63,402 nucleotides of DNA, filler included, from Coriobacteriales bacterium (GCA_031263105.1; 7 parts of 7 records of this genome joined end to end with filler, not necessarily neighbours in it), one strand, 5' to 3'. Shown: positions 19,950 to 29,248, counted from the whole stretch's first letter. Notes: a model not told the origin generated them from the sequence alone. Numbers and translations are program-made.

Positions 19950-20198
19950 ATGGATGAAACGACCGTCAAAAGGATCAACGCCATGCTCCCTTTGCTCAAC
20001 GAGAGGCAGCGGAGGCTGTTCCTCGCGTCGGAGGCGAGGGCACTGGGAGATGGCGGGATAGCCGAGGTCAGCAAGGCGACGGGGGTCTCGCGCCCCACGA
20101 TTGCGCGGGGTATCAGCGAGCTCGAGCAGGGCCAAGGGCAGGATGTCGACCCGGGCCACATCAGAAAGCCGGGAGCAGGGCGCAAACGGAAGAGATAG
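19950..20198 (+). pseudogene. ISAzo13-family transposase N-terminal fragment
   Basis: LNERQRRLFLASEARALG.GGI..VS.ATG.SR.TI..G..EL...IRKPGAGRK, then stop; no DDE domain. Confidence 0.8.
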
Positions 20199-20330
20199 AG
20201 ACGCAAGCCCCGTCCTTGTGTCCGCCTGCGTCCGCCTGCGCCCCCTTGCGACGCTGCCCTGTATCGGGTCAGTCCTAATATGGTACTATATACGGACTTA
20301 TCGATGGTGCCCAGCGAGAGCGGAGCTGTT

Positions 20331-20618
20331 ATGGGAATAAGTCTCATGGAGGATATAAAACCCATCTCCTACATCAAGACAAACGCGGCCGATATGCTCG
20401 CTTACATCAACGAGAGCAAGAGCCCCATCGTCATCACGCAGAACGGCGAGGCACGCGGAGTCATGCTGGACATCGACTCGTATCAGAAGATGACCGACGC
20501 CCTGATTCTGATGAGGCTCATCGAGCGCTCCGAGGCGGACACAGAGTCGGGCGCGACCAGGGGTCACGCGCAGGTATGTGCGGCACTTGAAGAAAAGCTC
20601 GCCCAGTATGAGCGGTGA
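20331..20618 (+). CDS. Phd/YefM antitoxin
   Basis: EDIKPISYIKTNAADML, PIVITQNGEA. Confidence 0.9.
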   Translation: MGISLMEDIKPISYIKTNAADMLAYINESKSPIVITQNGEARGVMLDIDSYQKMTDALILMRLIERSEADTESGATRGHAQVCAALEEKLAQYER

Positions 20619-20943
20619 TTGCCGAATCGTCTGGAGCGACAACGCCGCATCCATGCTCGACGAGATCGTTACCTCCATTGCCGAGGACAGCCCCCGAAAC
20701 GCCGAAGCCGCACTCGACAGGATACGGACGAGAGTGGGCAGGCTGAGCCGATCGCCACAGGGCGGCAGATACGTCCCCGAACTCCTGGAGTTCGGAATCC
20801 GCACGTATCGGGAGGTCATCGTCAAGCCTTGGAGAGTCATCTATCGCAGCGACAAGGACACCGTCCACATCCTTGTCGTCATAGATGCCAGACGCAATGT
20901 CAGCAGCTACCTGCTGCGGGAGCTCTACCGGAGAAATCTGTGA
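20608..20943 (+). CDS. ParE/RelE family toxin
   Basis: IAEDSPRNA, GRYVPEL, REVIVKPWRVIY, VIDARR. Confidence 0.88.
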   Translation: MSGDCRIVWSDNAASMLDEIVTSIAEDSPRNAEAALDRIRTRVGRLSRSPQGGRYVPELLEFGIRTYREVIVKPWRVIYRSDKDTVHILVVIDARRNVSSYLLRELYRRNL

Positions 20944-20970
20944 CACGAGGGGACGGGGCCGGATGCCCCG

Positions 20971-21090
20971 TCAGCGGAGCTGTGGGGCGTGCCAGACCAT
21001 GCGGGCGTCGAGCTCGCCGGCGAGTTCGGCGGGGGTCACGCCGGTGCGGCCCAGGAGGATCATGAGGTGGTAGAGGAGGTCGGCGGCCTC
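20971..21090 (-). CDS. hisE: 3' end of phosphoribosyl-ATP pyrophosphatase (HisE/HisIE), cut by contig end
   Basis: Own translation EAADLLYHLMILL...ELDAR; stop at 20971. Confidence 0.75.
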   Translation of the reverse strand, partial: EAADLLYHLMILLGRTGVTPAELAGELDARMVWHAPQLR

Positions 21091-21091
21091 G

Positions 21092-21191
21092 NNNNNNNNN
21101 NNNNNNNNNNNNNNNNNNNNNNNNNNNNNNNNNNNTTAATTAATTAANNNNNNNNNNNNNNNNNNNNNNNNNNNNNNNNNNNNNNNNNNNN
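21092..21191. other. Artificial contig linker (also 28874-28973, 35742-35841, 45676-45775, 54723-54822, 59368-59467)
   Basis: N-run + TTAATTAATTAA (six-frame stops) + N-run, 100 nt each. Confidence 0.99.
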
Positions 21192-21333
21192 TCCGGGCGC
21201 TCGGGTTCCGTGGGCCTTCCGGCCCGTCCTCGCTGAAAACGCGGTGCGTTTTCCGGGCGCTCGGACCCAAGGATCCTTCGGCAGGCTCGGGATGACAGTG
21301 GGTGCTCGGGATGACAGTGGGGGTGTCAGTAAC
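21192..21333. repeat. Family A element, right part (contig start)
   Basis: GAAAACGCGGTGCGTTTTC module + GGCAGGCTCGGGATGACAGTG + GTGTCAGTAAC end. Confidence 0.88.
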
Positions 21334-21380
21334 GTCTGACCTGCTATACTGGGGAAGAATCCTATGAAAGGCAGTGTCCT

Positions 21381-22079
21381 ATGAGTATCACAACGGTGTT
21401 CTTCGACGTCGGAAACACGCTCCTTACCCCTGCGATAGCTGAGAGCGAGGTCATTGTCCAGGCGGCCGCCAGCCTGGGAGCGCAGGTCGATCCGGCGCTC
21501 GTGGAGCAGAGCATGCCGCTCATGTATGCGCGCTACGAGGAGCTGTACGAGGCCGACGACTCGTTCTGGGCGGACGAGGGCCGGGCAAGCGGCATCTGGG
21601 TGGACCTCTATGAGTACCTCTGCGGGCTGCTCGGCATCCCCGAGCTCGGCCCTGAGGTCGCGCGAATCGGCTACGAGCGGTTTCTCGACCCGGACAGCTG
21701 GACGCTGTTCGACGACGTTATCCCCACGCTGTTCGCGCTCAAGTCGCGCCGGGTCTCCATCGGCCTCATTTCGAACTGGGATCATTCGCTCACAAGCATC
21801 ATAGAGGGCATGGGGATACGGTTCTACTTCGATGTGGTACTCGCCTCGGCGGACGTGGGGCTGCATAAGCCCCAGCCCGAGATATTCAGGCTCGCCCTGC
21901 ACGAGACGGAGGCGTTCGCCTCCGAGACCATTCACGTAGGCGACCACCTGCAGGCCGACGTCGGAGGCGCGACCGCCGCCGGCATCAACCCCGTTCTCAT
22001 CGACCGGGACGACCGTCATCCCGACGGCGAAGGCTATATCCGCATCACGAACCTGCGCGACCTTATCAAGCATCTGTAA
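21381..22079 (+). CDS. HAD-IA family hydrolase
   Basis: FFDVGNTL, ISNWD, KPQPEIF, HVGD...DV; extended -10 TGCTATACT at 21342. Confidence 0.92.
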   Translation: MSITTVFFDVGNTLLTPAIAESEVIVQAAASLGAQVDPALVEQSMPLMYARYEELYEADDSFWADEGRASGIWVDLYEYLCGLLGIPELGPEVARIGYERFLDPDSWTLFDDVIPTLFALKSRRVSIGLISNWDHSLTSIIEGMGIRFYFDVVLASADVGLHKPQPEIFRLALHETEAFASETIHVGDHLQADVGGATAAGINPVLIDRDDRHPDGEGYIRITNLRDLIKHL

Positions 22080-22134
22080 CGCCCGGCGGATGCAGCCTGG
22101 GGAGTGCCGACTTACTGTTCCTTTCGTGCAGGAT

Positions 22135-22240
22135 GGAAACAGCCCCAAGGGACTGTTTTCGGGCGAAGCTGCGTTGGGAAACAGCGCGGTGTGCTGTTTC
22201 CGGGCGAAGCTGCGGAGCAGCGCGTGAGTCCCTGAGCGCG
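22135..22240. repeat. Isolated internal module of family A
   Basis: GGAAACAGC..GCTGTTTCCGGGCGAAGCTGCG, also present inside the 52270-52711 and 54151-54722 elements. Confidence 0.75.
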
Positions 22241-22277
22241 CGAATTCCGGTGGAATGGTGATTGACTCGGCGCTTCC

Positions 22278-23423
22278 TTAGCAGATACGGGGGAGCTGCT
22301 CGCCGACGAGCATGTCGAGGATGCGGTAGGAGCCGAAGGCGGTACGGACGTAGGCCCGGGGCAGGGATGCGCCTCTCGCGCCCTGGGCGCCCCCTGCGTC
22401 TTCTGTGCCCAGCACGCCAAGGGTGTGAGGGGCATCGGCCGCGCCGACTTCGCCGATGGACGCGGCGTCGTGCCCGTAGCGCGACGCCCTCATGGCGGCA
22501 AGCGCATCGTCGGCCTCCTCGGGGGGCACGATGCAGACGACCTTCCCCTCGTTCGCCACTTGGAATACGTCGTATCCGAGCATCTCGCAGGCACCCCTCA
22601 CCTGATCCTTGACGGGCACGGCATCCTCGTCGATGGTCATGGTGGTGTTGCTCTGGGCGGCAAGCTCGTTGAGCGTGGAGGCGAGCCCGCCACGTGTGGG
22701 GTCGCGGAAGCAGCGTGTGCGCGGCGCTGCCTGGAGCACGGCGGCGATGAGGTGGTTGAGCGGCGCAGCGTCGCTTTCTATGGTGGTGGTGAAGCCCAGT
22801 CCCTCGCGGGCCGAGACGATGGCGATGCCGTGGTCGCCGAGCGTGCCCGAGAGCAGGATGCGGTCGCCGGGCCGACAGCGTGTGCCCGAGAGGCCGTCTT
22901 GCGCCCCTGTGCCCCGTGCCCCCGCCGCTCCCGTGCCCCCACGTGCCCCCCACGTCGTCTGCTCCAGCACGCCGACGCCGCTCGTGTTGAGGTAGATGCC
23001 ATCGCCGTGCCCCCGGTTGACCACCTTCGTGTCGCCGGTGACTATCTGCACGCCTGCCTCCCGCGCGGCCTCGGCCATCGACGCGCAGATGCGCCGCAGG
23101 TCGTCGAACGCAAAACCCTCCTCCAGCACGACGGCGACGGACAGCCAGAGAGGGCGCGCCCCTGAGGTCGCCACGTCGTTGACGGTTCCGCAGACCGCAA
23201 GGCGACCGATATCCCCGCCGGGGAAGAAATGCGGCGTCACGACGAAGCTGTCGGTCGAGAAGGCAAGGGAGGCGCCTGGCGCGCTGCCCGGCGGCAGGGC
23301 GAGCACCGCCGCATCGTCGCCGCGCCTGAGCACGTCCGAGCCGTACACGTCGATGAACATCTCCTCGATGAGGCGGTGCATCATCATGCCGCCGCTGCCG
23401 TGCGCGAGAAGCACCCTGTCCAT
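22278..23423 (-). CDS. hypE: Hydrogenase maturation carbamoyl dehydratase HypE
   Basis: LAHGSGG, FFPGGDIG, GTVND, RDPTRGG, ANEGK, C-terminal PRIC. Confidence 0.97.
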   Translation of the reverse strand: MDRVLLAHGSGGMMMHRLIEEMFIDVYGSDVLRRGDDAAVLALPPGSAPGASLAFSTDSFVVTPHFFPGGDIGRLAVCGTVNDVATSGARPLWLSVAVVLEEGFAFDDLRRICASMAEAAREAGVQIVTGDTKVVNRGHGDGIYLNTSGVGVLEQTTWGARGGTGAAGARGTGAQDGLSGTRCRPGDRILLSGTLGDHGIAIVSAREGLGFTTTIESDAAPLNHLIAAVLQAAPRTRCFRDPTRGGLASTLNELAAQSNTTMTIDEDAVPVKDQVRGACEMLGYDVFQVANEGKVVCIVPPEEADDALAAMRASRYGHDAASIGEVGAADAPHTLGVLGTEDAGGAQGARGASLPRAYVRTAFGSYRILDMLVGEQLPRIC

Positions 23424-23499
23424 CAGCACACCGCCTCCGGGATGCCCCGCAGGCCCAGGCCCGCTGTGCCGTGCGCGAGAGGCACCCTCACCCTGTCCA

Positions 23500-24660
23500 T
23501 CAGCGCACCTCCTGCCCCACGTGGTAACGGGCCCAGGCGGCACAGCTGCCCTCGCTCGAGACCATGCAGGGGCCTATGGGGTTGGTGGGCGTGCAGAGCT
23601 TCCCGAAGAGCGGGCAGCCCTGCGGGGAGATGACGCCGCGCAGTACGTCCCCGCAACGGCAGCCGCGCGGCTCGACGGTCGGCTCGACCTCGACCTCGAA
23701 GCGCTGCGTCGCGTCGAAGGCGGCGAAGTCGTCACGGAGCGCATAGCCGGATCCGGGAATCGTGCCGAGGCCCCGCCACTTCGCGTCGCAGACACGGAAC
23801 ACGCGCTCTATCGCCGAGCGCGCAGCGGGGTTCCCCTCGGGCATGACGGCGCGCCGGTAGGCGTTCTCTATGCGTGCGTCTCCCTCCACGCACTGCTTCA
23901 ACAGCTGCGCGATGCCCTGAAGCACGTCCACGGGCTCGAAGCCGGTTATCACGCCGGGAATCCGGTGCTCGTCCGCCAGGAACCTGTAGGGGCCGGGGCC
24001 GAGGATGGTGCTGACGTGCCCCGGCAGGATGAGGGCGTCGAGGCTGACCTCGGGGTCGTTCACGAGGGCCGCGAGCGCAGGCGGCACCCGCTTGTGTATC
24101 GCCAGCACCGAGAAGTTCGCAAGGCGCAGGGCGGCCGCGCGCTCGATGGTCGCGGCGATGAGGGGCGTGGTCGTCTCGAAGCCGACGCCGACGAGCACGA
24201 CCTGCCTGTCCGTCTGCTCGCGTGCGAGCCGCAGGGCGTCGAGGGGGGAGTAGACGACCTCGACGGAGGCCCCTTCGGCCTTGCGCTGCATCAGCGAGGT
24301 GCTCGACCCGGGCACGCGCACCATGTCCCCAAAGGTCGCAAGCGTGACGCCGGTCACGCGGGTGAGCGCGATGATGCGGTCGATGTCGGCGTTCGCGGTC
24401 ACGCAGACAGGGCAGCCTGGGCCGCTGAGCAGCCTGACGGCGCGAGGCAGAACCGAGCGGAATCCGCTGCGGGCTATCGCGACGGTATGCGTGCCGCAGA
24501 CCTCCATGAGGCTGACGGGCCCCTCGCGCTGGGACGCGAGCCGTTCGGCGAGCGCCTGGATGCGGGCGAGCAGCCTGCGGGCGGTCTCCGGGTCCCGGAA
24601 GGCGTCGATCAGCGCAAAGCCTGCGGCCTGCTCCCCTTCAGGGAGGCGATGGCTGCCCAT
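23500..24660 (-). CDS. hypD: Hydrogenase maturation protein HypD
   Basis: MEVCGTH, GPGCPVC, GFETT, PGHVS, GPCMVSSEGSC. Confidence 0.97.
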   Translation of the reverse strand: MGSHRLPEGEQAAGFALIDAFRDPETARRLLARIQALAERLASQREGPVSLMEVCGTHTVAIARSGFRSVLPRAVRLLSGPGCPVCVTANADIDRIIALTRVTGVTLATFGDMVRVPGSSTSLMQRKAEGASVEVVYSPLDALRLAREQTDRQVVLVGVGFETTTPLIAATIERAAALRLANFSVLAIHKRVPPALAALVNDPEVSLDALILPGHVSTILGPGPYRFLADEHRIPGVITGFEPVDVLQGIAQLLKQCVEGDARIENAYRRAVMPEGNPAARSAIERVFRVCDAKWRGLGTIPGSGYALRDDFAAFDATQRFEVEVEPTVEPRGCRCGDVLRGVISPQGCPLFGKLCTPTNPIGPCMVSSEGSCAAWARYHVGQEVR

Positions 24661-24661
24661 C

Positions 24662-24892
24662 TCATCCCTCAGCGAGAAGGTCGGGGAACTCGCTGAGGAG
24701 GTCGAGCGTCTCGTGCGCGTCGTCCTCGCTCACCACCTCGATGCCATAGCCTGCATGAACCAGGACGAAGTTCCCTTCCCGCGCGTGGGGCACGAGGTCC
24801 AAGGCGACCTCGCGCCGCACGCCGAGCAGGTCGACGGTGGCGATGCGCTCGTCGTTTATGCTCTCGATCCTTGCAGGCAATGCCAGACACAT
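24662..24892 (-). CDS. hypC: Hydrogenase chaperone HypC
   Basis: MCLALP, VLVHAG. Confidence 0.96.
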   Translation of the reverse strand: MCLALPARIESINDERIATVDLLGVRREVALDLVPHAREGNFVLVHAGYGIEVVSEDDAHETLDLLSEFPDLLAEG

Positions 24893-24909
24893 GGCTCGTG
24901 CTCCTTTGT

Positions 24910-27549
24910 TCACGCCCTGCCCGAGAGGGCGGACGGCGCGGTTCGGTCGGTGCCCCCCGATGCTTCCAACAGTACGCCCTCATCGGCCCTTCGTGCAAGA
25001 CGGGCTGCGGCAACCGCCGCCTGACCGTAGGAAATGCAGCCGTCGTTGGCAGGCAGGCTTTGGTTGAGCAGGACCGTGAACCCCGCCTGCTCCAGCAGAG
25101 GGACGGTGCGCGTGAGGAGGTGGCGGTTCATGAACACCCCGCCGCTGAGCGCGACGACGGCAAGCCCGTAACGCGAGCGCGCCTTCTTGCAGAGTTCCAC
25201 GACAAGTTGGACGACCGCCTCATGGAAGCGCAGCGCGACAAGGGATGGGGGGACAAGGGCGGCGCGGTCGTCGAGCAGGGCGCGCAGCACGGGCGCAGGA
25301 TCGATGAGGACGGGCGGCCCTGCGGGCTTCTGCCCCCCCTGTTCCCGTTCCGGCGGCGATGCGCCGTCCCGCGCCTCGTCCGCTCCGGCCTGCGAAGGCG
25401 TGTCCGCATCGCTCAGGGAGAAGCGGTAGCGTTCGGCGGCATGGCTGCCCTGGGGGTCGGCCACGGGCCTTCCTGTTGCGGGGTCGCACAGCGCCGCCTC
25501 CATCTCGACGGCAGCCTGTCCTTCGTAGCTGTTCGTGGTGCAGATGCCCGCCAATGCGCTTGCGGCATCGAAAAGCCGCCCCATCGACGAGGTCAGGGGG
25601 CTGTTGATGCGGCCGGCGACGACCTGGTCGAGCAGCAGCAGGCGGTCGGGGCCGATGCCGGCAACGAGTGCGGACGCCCCCGGATGTTCGGCAAGTCCGA
25701 GCGTCCGCAGATACGACCATGCCATGCGGTCGGGGCAGTCTATGGCCGCACGGGCGCCCGGCAGGGGCACGGGGCGCAGATGGGCGAAGCGCTCGAAGCC
25801 CTCAAGTGTGGCGACAAGGGCCTCGCCGCCCCAGATCGTTCCGTCCTCCCCATAGCCGCTGCCGTCGAAGGCGATGCCGATGACGCGCCCGCCCGCCCCG
25901 CCGTCCTCTGCCGCCTCTGCCAGCACGCTGGCGATATGGGCATGGTGGTGCTGCACCTCGACGCACCCTGCGCCCTGCGCATGCGCCCACTTGGTCGAAA
26001 GGTACTCAGGGTGCAGGTCGTGGGCGAGCACCTCGTAGTCGAGGTCGAAAAGCCGCCGGTACAGGGCGAGGGTCGAGTGCCATGCCTGAAACGACGAGGA
26101 GTTCTCCAGGTCGCCGAGGTGCTGGGAGACAAAGGCCTCCTCCCCACGCACGAGGCAGAAGGTGCTTTTCTGTTCGGGCCCGACCGCGAGGATGTGCGCC
26201 GACGTTCCCCTTTGGGCGAGCTGCAGGGGCAGCGGCGCGTAGCCACGGGCACGGCGCACGAATAGGACGCGGTCGCGCACGACGCGCACGACGCTGTCGT
26301 CGTAACGCGAGAGCACCTCACGGTCGTTGTCGAGGAAGGCGTCCGCCACGTCGGCGAGCGCATCGTGCGCGGCCGCCTCGCAGGCGATGATCGGTTCCTC
26401 GCTGATATTGCCCGAGGTCATGACCAGCGGTGTGGCGACTGCGGCCATGAGCAGGTGCTGTACGGGCGTGGAGGGGAGCATGACCCCCAGCTCGTGAAGG
26501 GTGCCTGCCACCGAGGGCGCGATTGTCGGGGGCTCGGCCCCGGACGCCCCTGCCCTCGCTCCCGTGTCCGTCCCCGTCTCTCGCAGGGGCGAGCTGTGCC
26601 TGTCCGCTCTTGGCGCCCCGCCCTCCGCCTGCGCACCGGCTCCGTCCTCCGCCCCCGTTCCCCGTCGTCGGAGCAGCACGATGGGGCGCACCGTGCCGGC
26701 AAGCAGGGCCGCCTCTTGCTCGTCCACCTCGCACAGTGCGCGCGCGTCCGCGACGCTTCGGACCATGAGCGCAAAGGGCTTGGCGCTGCGCCGCTTGCGG
26801 CGGCGCAGGCGTGCGACCGCGTCCTCGTTCGTCGCGTCACAGGCGAGGTGGTAGCCCCCCAGCCCTTTGATGGCGACGATACGGCCCTGTGCCAGCAACG
26901 AGGCGGCCTTTGCGATAAGCGCGTCGCTCTCCTCGCGCCCCCAGGCCCCCGCCGCTCCCCCGCTTAGTGCCCCCGCCTCCCAAAGCCGCAGTGTGGGCCC
27001 GCAGGAGAAGCAGGCGTCCGGCTGCGCGTGGAAGCGCCGGTCGAGAGGGTCGCGGTACTCCCTCCCGCAGTCGGCGCACATCGTGAAGGACGCCATGGAG
27101 GTGTGGGGACGGTCGTAGGGGAGCGCGTCGATGATGGTGAAGCGCGGGCCGCAGTTCGTGCAGTTGATGAAGGGGTAATGGAAGCGCCGGTCGTCGGGGT
27201 CGAAGAGCTCCTTGAGGCATTGGGGGCAGGTCGCGATGTCCGGTGACACGAGGGTGCTGCGCCCGCCCTCCTCGTCGGATGCGCGGATGACGAAGCCCTC
27301 CGGCCCTTCGACATGGCCCTCCGTTACCTGGGTCGAGGCTATCAGCGAGGCCGCAGGCGCACGGGTGCCCAGCTCGCCCACGAAGCCGTCGAGTGAGGCC
27401 CGGTCGCCCTCGATATGCACGTGGACGCCGTCGCCGGCGTTGAGCACCCAGCCGACGAGTCCCCAGCGCCTCGCCTGACGATAGACGAAGGGGCGAAACC
27501 CCACCCCTTGGACGATTCCGCTGATATGGAGGTCGCGTGCCGCAGTCAT
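24910..27549 (-). CDS. hypF: Carbamoyltransferase HypF
   Basis: VQGVGFRPF, CPQC/CTNCGPR/CADC/CFSCGP zinc fingers, KGLGGYHL, QHHHAH, TSSMGRLFD, NDG. Confidence 0.97.
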   Translation of the reverse strand: MTAARDLHISGIVQGVGFRPFVYRQARRWGLVGWVLNAGDGVHVHIEGDRASLDGFVGELGTRAPAASLIASTQVTEGHVEGPEGFVIRASDEEGGRSTLVSPDIATCPQCLKELFDPDDRRFHYPFINCTNCGPRFTIIDALPYDRPHTSMASFTMCADCGREYRDPLDRRFHAQPDACFSCGPTLRLWEAGALSGGAAGAWGREESDALIAKAASLLAQGRIVAIKGLGGYHLACDATNEDAVARLRRRKRRSAKPFALMVRSVADARALCEVDEQEAALLAGTVRPIVLLRRRGTGAEDGAGAQAEGGAPRADRHSSPLRETGTDTGARAGASGAEPPTIAPSVAGTLHELGVMLPSTPVQHLLMAAVATPLVMTSGNISEEPIIACEAAAHDALADVADAFLDNDREVLSRYDDSVVRVVRDRVLFVRRARGYAPLPLQLAQRGTSAHILAVGPEQKSTFCLVRGEEAFVSQHLGDLENSSSFQAWHSTLALYRRLFDLDYEVLAHDLHPEYLSTKWAHAQGAGCVEVQHHHAHIASVLAEAAEDGGAGGRVIGIAFDGSGYGEDGTIWGGEALVATLEGFERFAHLRPVPLPGARAAIDCPDRMAWSYLRTLGLAEHPGASALVAGIGPDRLLLLDQVVAGRINSPLTSSMGRLFDAASALAGICTTNSYEGQAAVEMEAALCDPATGRPVADPQGSHAAERYRFSLSDADTPSQAGADEARDGASPPEREQGGQKPAGPPVLIDPAPVLRALLDDRAALVPPSLVALRFHEAVVQLVVELCKKARSRYGLAVVALSGGVFMNRHLLTRTVPLLEQAGFTVLLNQSLPANDGCISYGQAAVAAARLARRADEGVLLEASGGTDRTAPSALSGRA

Positions 27550-27555
27550 GGGGCG

Positions 27556-27975
27556 CTACAGGTAGCGGCCGGTGGTGGTGGTGGTAAGCCGGCCGTGCTT
27601 GACGCCCTTCACCCCAAGGATGCCCTCCGCTATCTTGGTTATCTCGTCGCTGCGTCCCCTCAGCACGATGACCTCCAGGCAGTTGTGCGCGTCGAGGTGG
27701 ATGTGCATCGCGGAGATTATCCTCTCATGGTGTGCGTGCTGTATCTGGTCGAGCTTGCCCTGCAGGTCGGAGGCATGATGGTTGAACACGATGGTCAGGG
27801 TTCCGACGATCTCCTGCAAGGGGTCGTCCCATTCCTCGTCGACAAGCGCGTCGCGGATGAGGTCGCGGACGACCTCGGAGCGGTTCTTTGCCAGTCCGCG
27901 CCGCGCGACAAGGTTGTCGAACTGCATGAGCAGCTCCTCGGGCACAGCGACGCTGAAGCGCACAAGCTCACCCAT
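27556..27975 (-). CDS. nikR: Nickel-responsive regulator NikR
   Basis: RFSVAV, NRSEVVRDLIR, HH, HIHLDAHNCLE, GVKHGRL. Confidence 0.95.
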   Translation of the reverse strand: MGELVRFSVAVPEELLMQFDNLVARRGLAKNRSEVVRDLIRDALVDEEWDDPLQEIVGTLTIVFNHHASDLQGKLDQIQHAHHERIISAMHIHLDAHNCLEVIVLRGRSDEITKIAEGILGVKGVKHGRLTTTTTGRYL

Positions 27976-28010
27976 GGTCTGTGGGGCACCTCCTTGGGCC
28001 CGGCATGCGA

Positions 28011-28265
28011 TTAGGCGAGGTGCACCGACACGCCCGGTGCGCTGGCGGCCTCCGCCTCGATCGTGTCGCCCGCCTCGGAGAGCAGCGCGCGCACCTCGTC
28101 GAGGAGGCCCTGTGCCTCGCGCAGCGTGGCTGCGGTCCGGGGCTGCTGGCCCTCGTCGGCCGTGTGGTAGGCGCGATGCGTCCAACGGCGGGTCAGGGCG
28201 ACGGCCTCGTCTATCTGCTCTATCGTCGCTTTGAACTGTGTGACGTTAACCCCGTTCGTGCACAT
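28011..28265 (-). CDS. Small helical hypothetical protein (MCTNG... start)
   Basis: GAGG RBS, high-GC3 codons, co-oriented between trxA and nikR. Confidence 0.75.
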   Translation of the reverse strand: MCTNGVNVTQFKATIEQIDEAVALTRRWTHRAYHTADEGQQPRTAATLREAQGLLDEVRALLSEAGDTIEAEAASAPGVSVHLA

Positions 28266-28277
28266 GGCGCCTCGCTC

Positions 28278-28601
28278 TCACAGGCCCGGCTCGATACGCT
28301 TGAGCAGCTCCTCCTTGGAAGCGGCCCCGATGGACACCGCTGCCGCCTCACCGTCCTTGAACAGGATAAGGGTAGGAATCGACATGACGCGGTACCGCTG
28401 GGCGATCTCGCCCTGCGCATCGATGTCGAGCTTCCCCACCGAGAGCTCGTCTGCCTTCTCGGAAGCAATCTGTTCGACGATGGGGGAGACGGCCCGGCAC
28501 GGCCCGCACCAGCCGGCCCAAAAATCGACCAGGAACGGCTTGGAGGACTTAAGCACCGTCTCTTCGAAGTTCTCGGCTGTCAACTCTATGACCCCAGACA
28601 T
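28278..28601 (-). CDS. trxA: Thioredoxin
   Basis: WCGPC, SIPTL. Confidence 0.96.
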   Translation of the reverse strand: MSGVIELTAENFEETVLKSSKPFLVDFWAGWCGPCRAVSPIVEQIASEKADELSVGKLDIDAQGEIAQRYRVMSIPTLILFKDGEAAAVSIGAASKEELLKRIEPGL

Positions 28602-28743
28602 TGCGCACTCCTTTCAAAAGCGACAACGGGACGACACAGGATAACACGAATCACCGTATCCGTAACCTTTCCCATCATACCGGTGTCGGGCGGTGTCGGA
28701 CAAGCCCGTATCGGCGAAAACATGCCGAATCATGCCGGAGGGC

Positions 28744-28873
28744 GTTACCGTTCGCACCCTACTGTCATTCCGAGCGAAGCCGAGGAATCTTTGGGCGCAT
28801 CAGCGCCCAACCGGGCCAGTTGGCTGCTTCGCGTTCCGTGGGCCTGTCGGTTCCATGGGCTCACCCGCTGCTT
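28744..28873. repeat. Family A element, left part (contig end)
   Basis: GTTACCGTTCGCACCC-TACTGTCATTCCGAG. Confidence 0.85.
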
Positions 28874-28973
28874 NNNNNNNNNNNNNNNNNNNNNNNNNNN
28901 NNNNNNNNNNNNNNNNNTTAATTAATTAANNNNNNNNNNNNNNNNNNNNNNNNNNNNNNNNNNNNNNNNNNNN

Positions 28974-29244
28974 CCCGAGCACCCACTGTCATCCCGAGCC
29001 TGCCGAAGGATCCTTGGGTCCGAGCGCCCGGAAAACGCACCGCGTTTTCAGCGAGGACGGGCCGGAAGGCCCACGGAACCCGAGCGCCCGGAAAACGCAC
29101 CGCGTTTTCAGCGAGGACGGGCCGACAGGCCCACGGGACGCGGAGCAGCCGACTGCGGGTCGAGGCGCCCTCTGGCCGCAGTCGACCGCTGGCGCGGTCG
29201 AGGATCCCTCGGCAGGCTCGGGATGACAGTGGGGGTGTGAACAC
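28974..29244. repeat. Family A element with a duplicated GAAAACGC module (contig start)
   Basis: Two 60-bp-period copies of CCGAGCGCCCGGAAAACGCACCGCGTTTTCAGCGAGGACGGGCCG. Confidence 0.88.
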
Positions 29245-29248
29245 GGAG

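Noticed and set aside
19950..20198. ISAzo13, IS5 or IS110 enzymes as the mobiliser of family A
   Set aside because: The ISAzo13 ORF lacks its catalytic domain; the IS5 here has different ends and a 4-bp CTAG duplication; IS110 makes no 8-bp TSD.
14104..20943. TA genes between palindromes as an integron cassette array
   Set aside because: Element ends run GTT...AAC, the reverse of attC (RYYYAAC...GTTRRRY). They carry TSDs, most TA pairs have no flanking site, and there is no integron integrase.
21092..21191. Repeated TTAATTAATTAA motif within N runs (six times)
   Set aside because: Artificial six-frame-stop linker between contigs. ORFs ending in ...XXXLIN and gene adjacency across linkers are artefacts.
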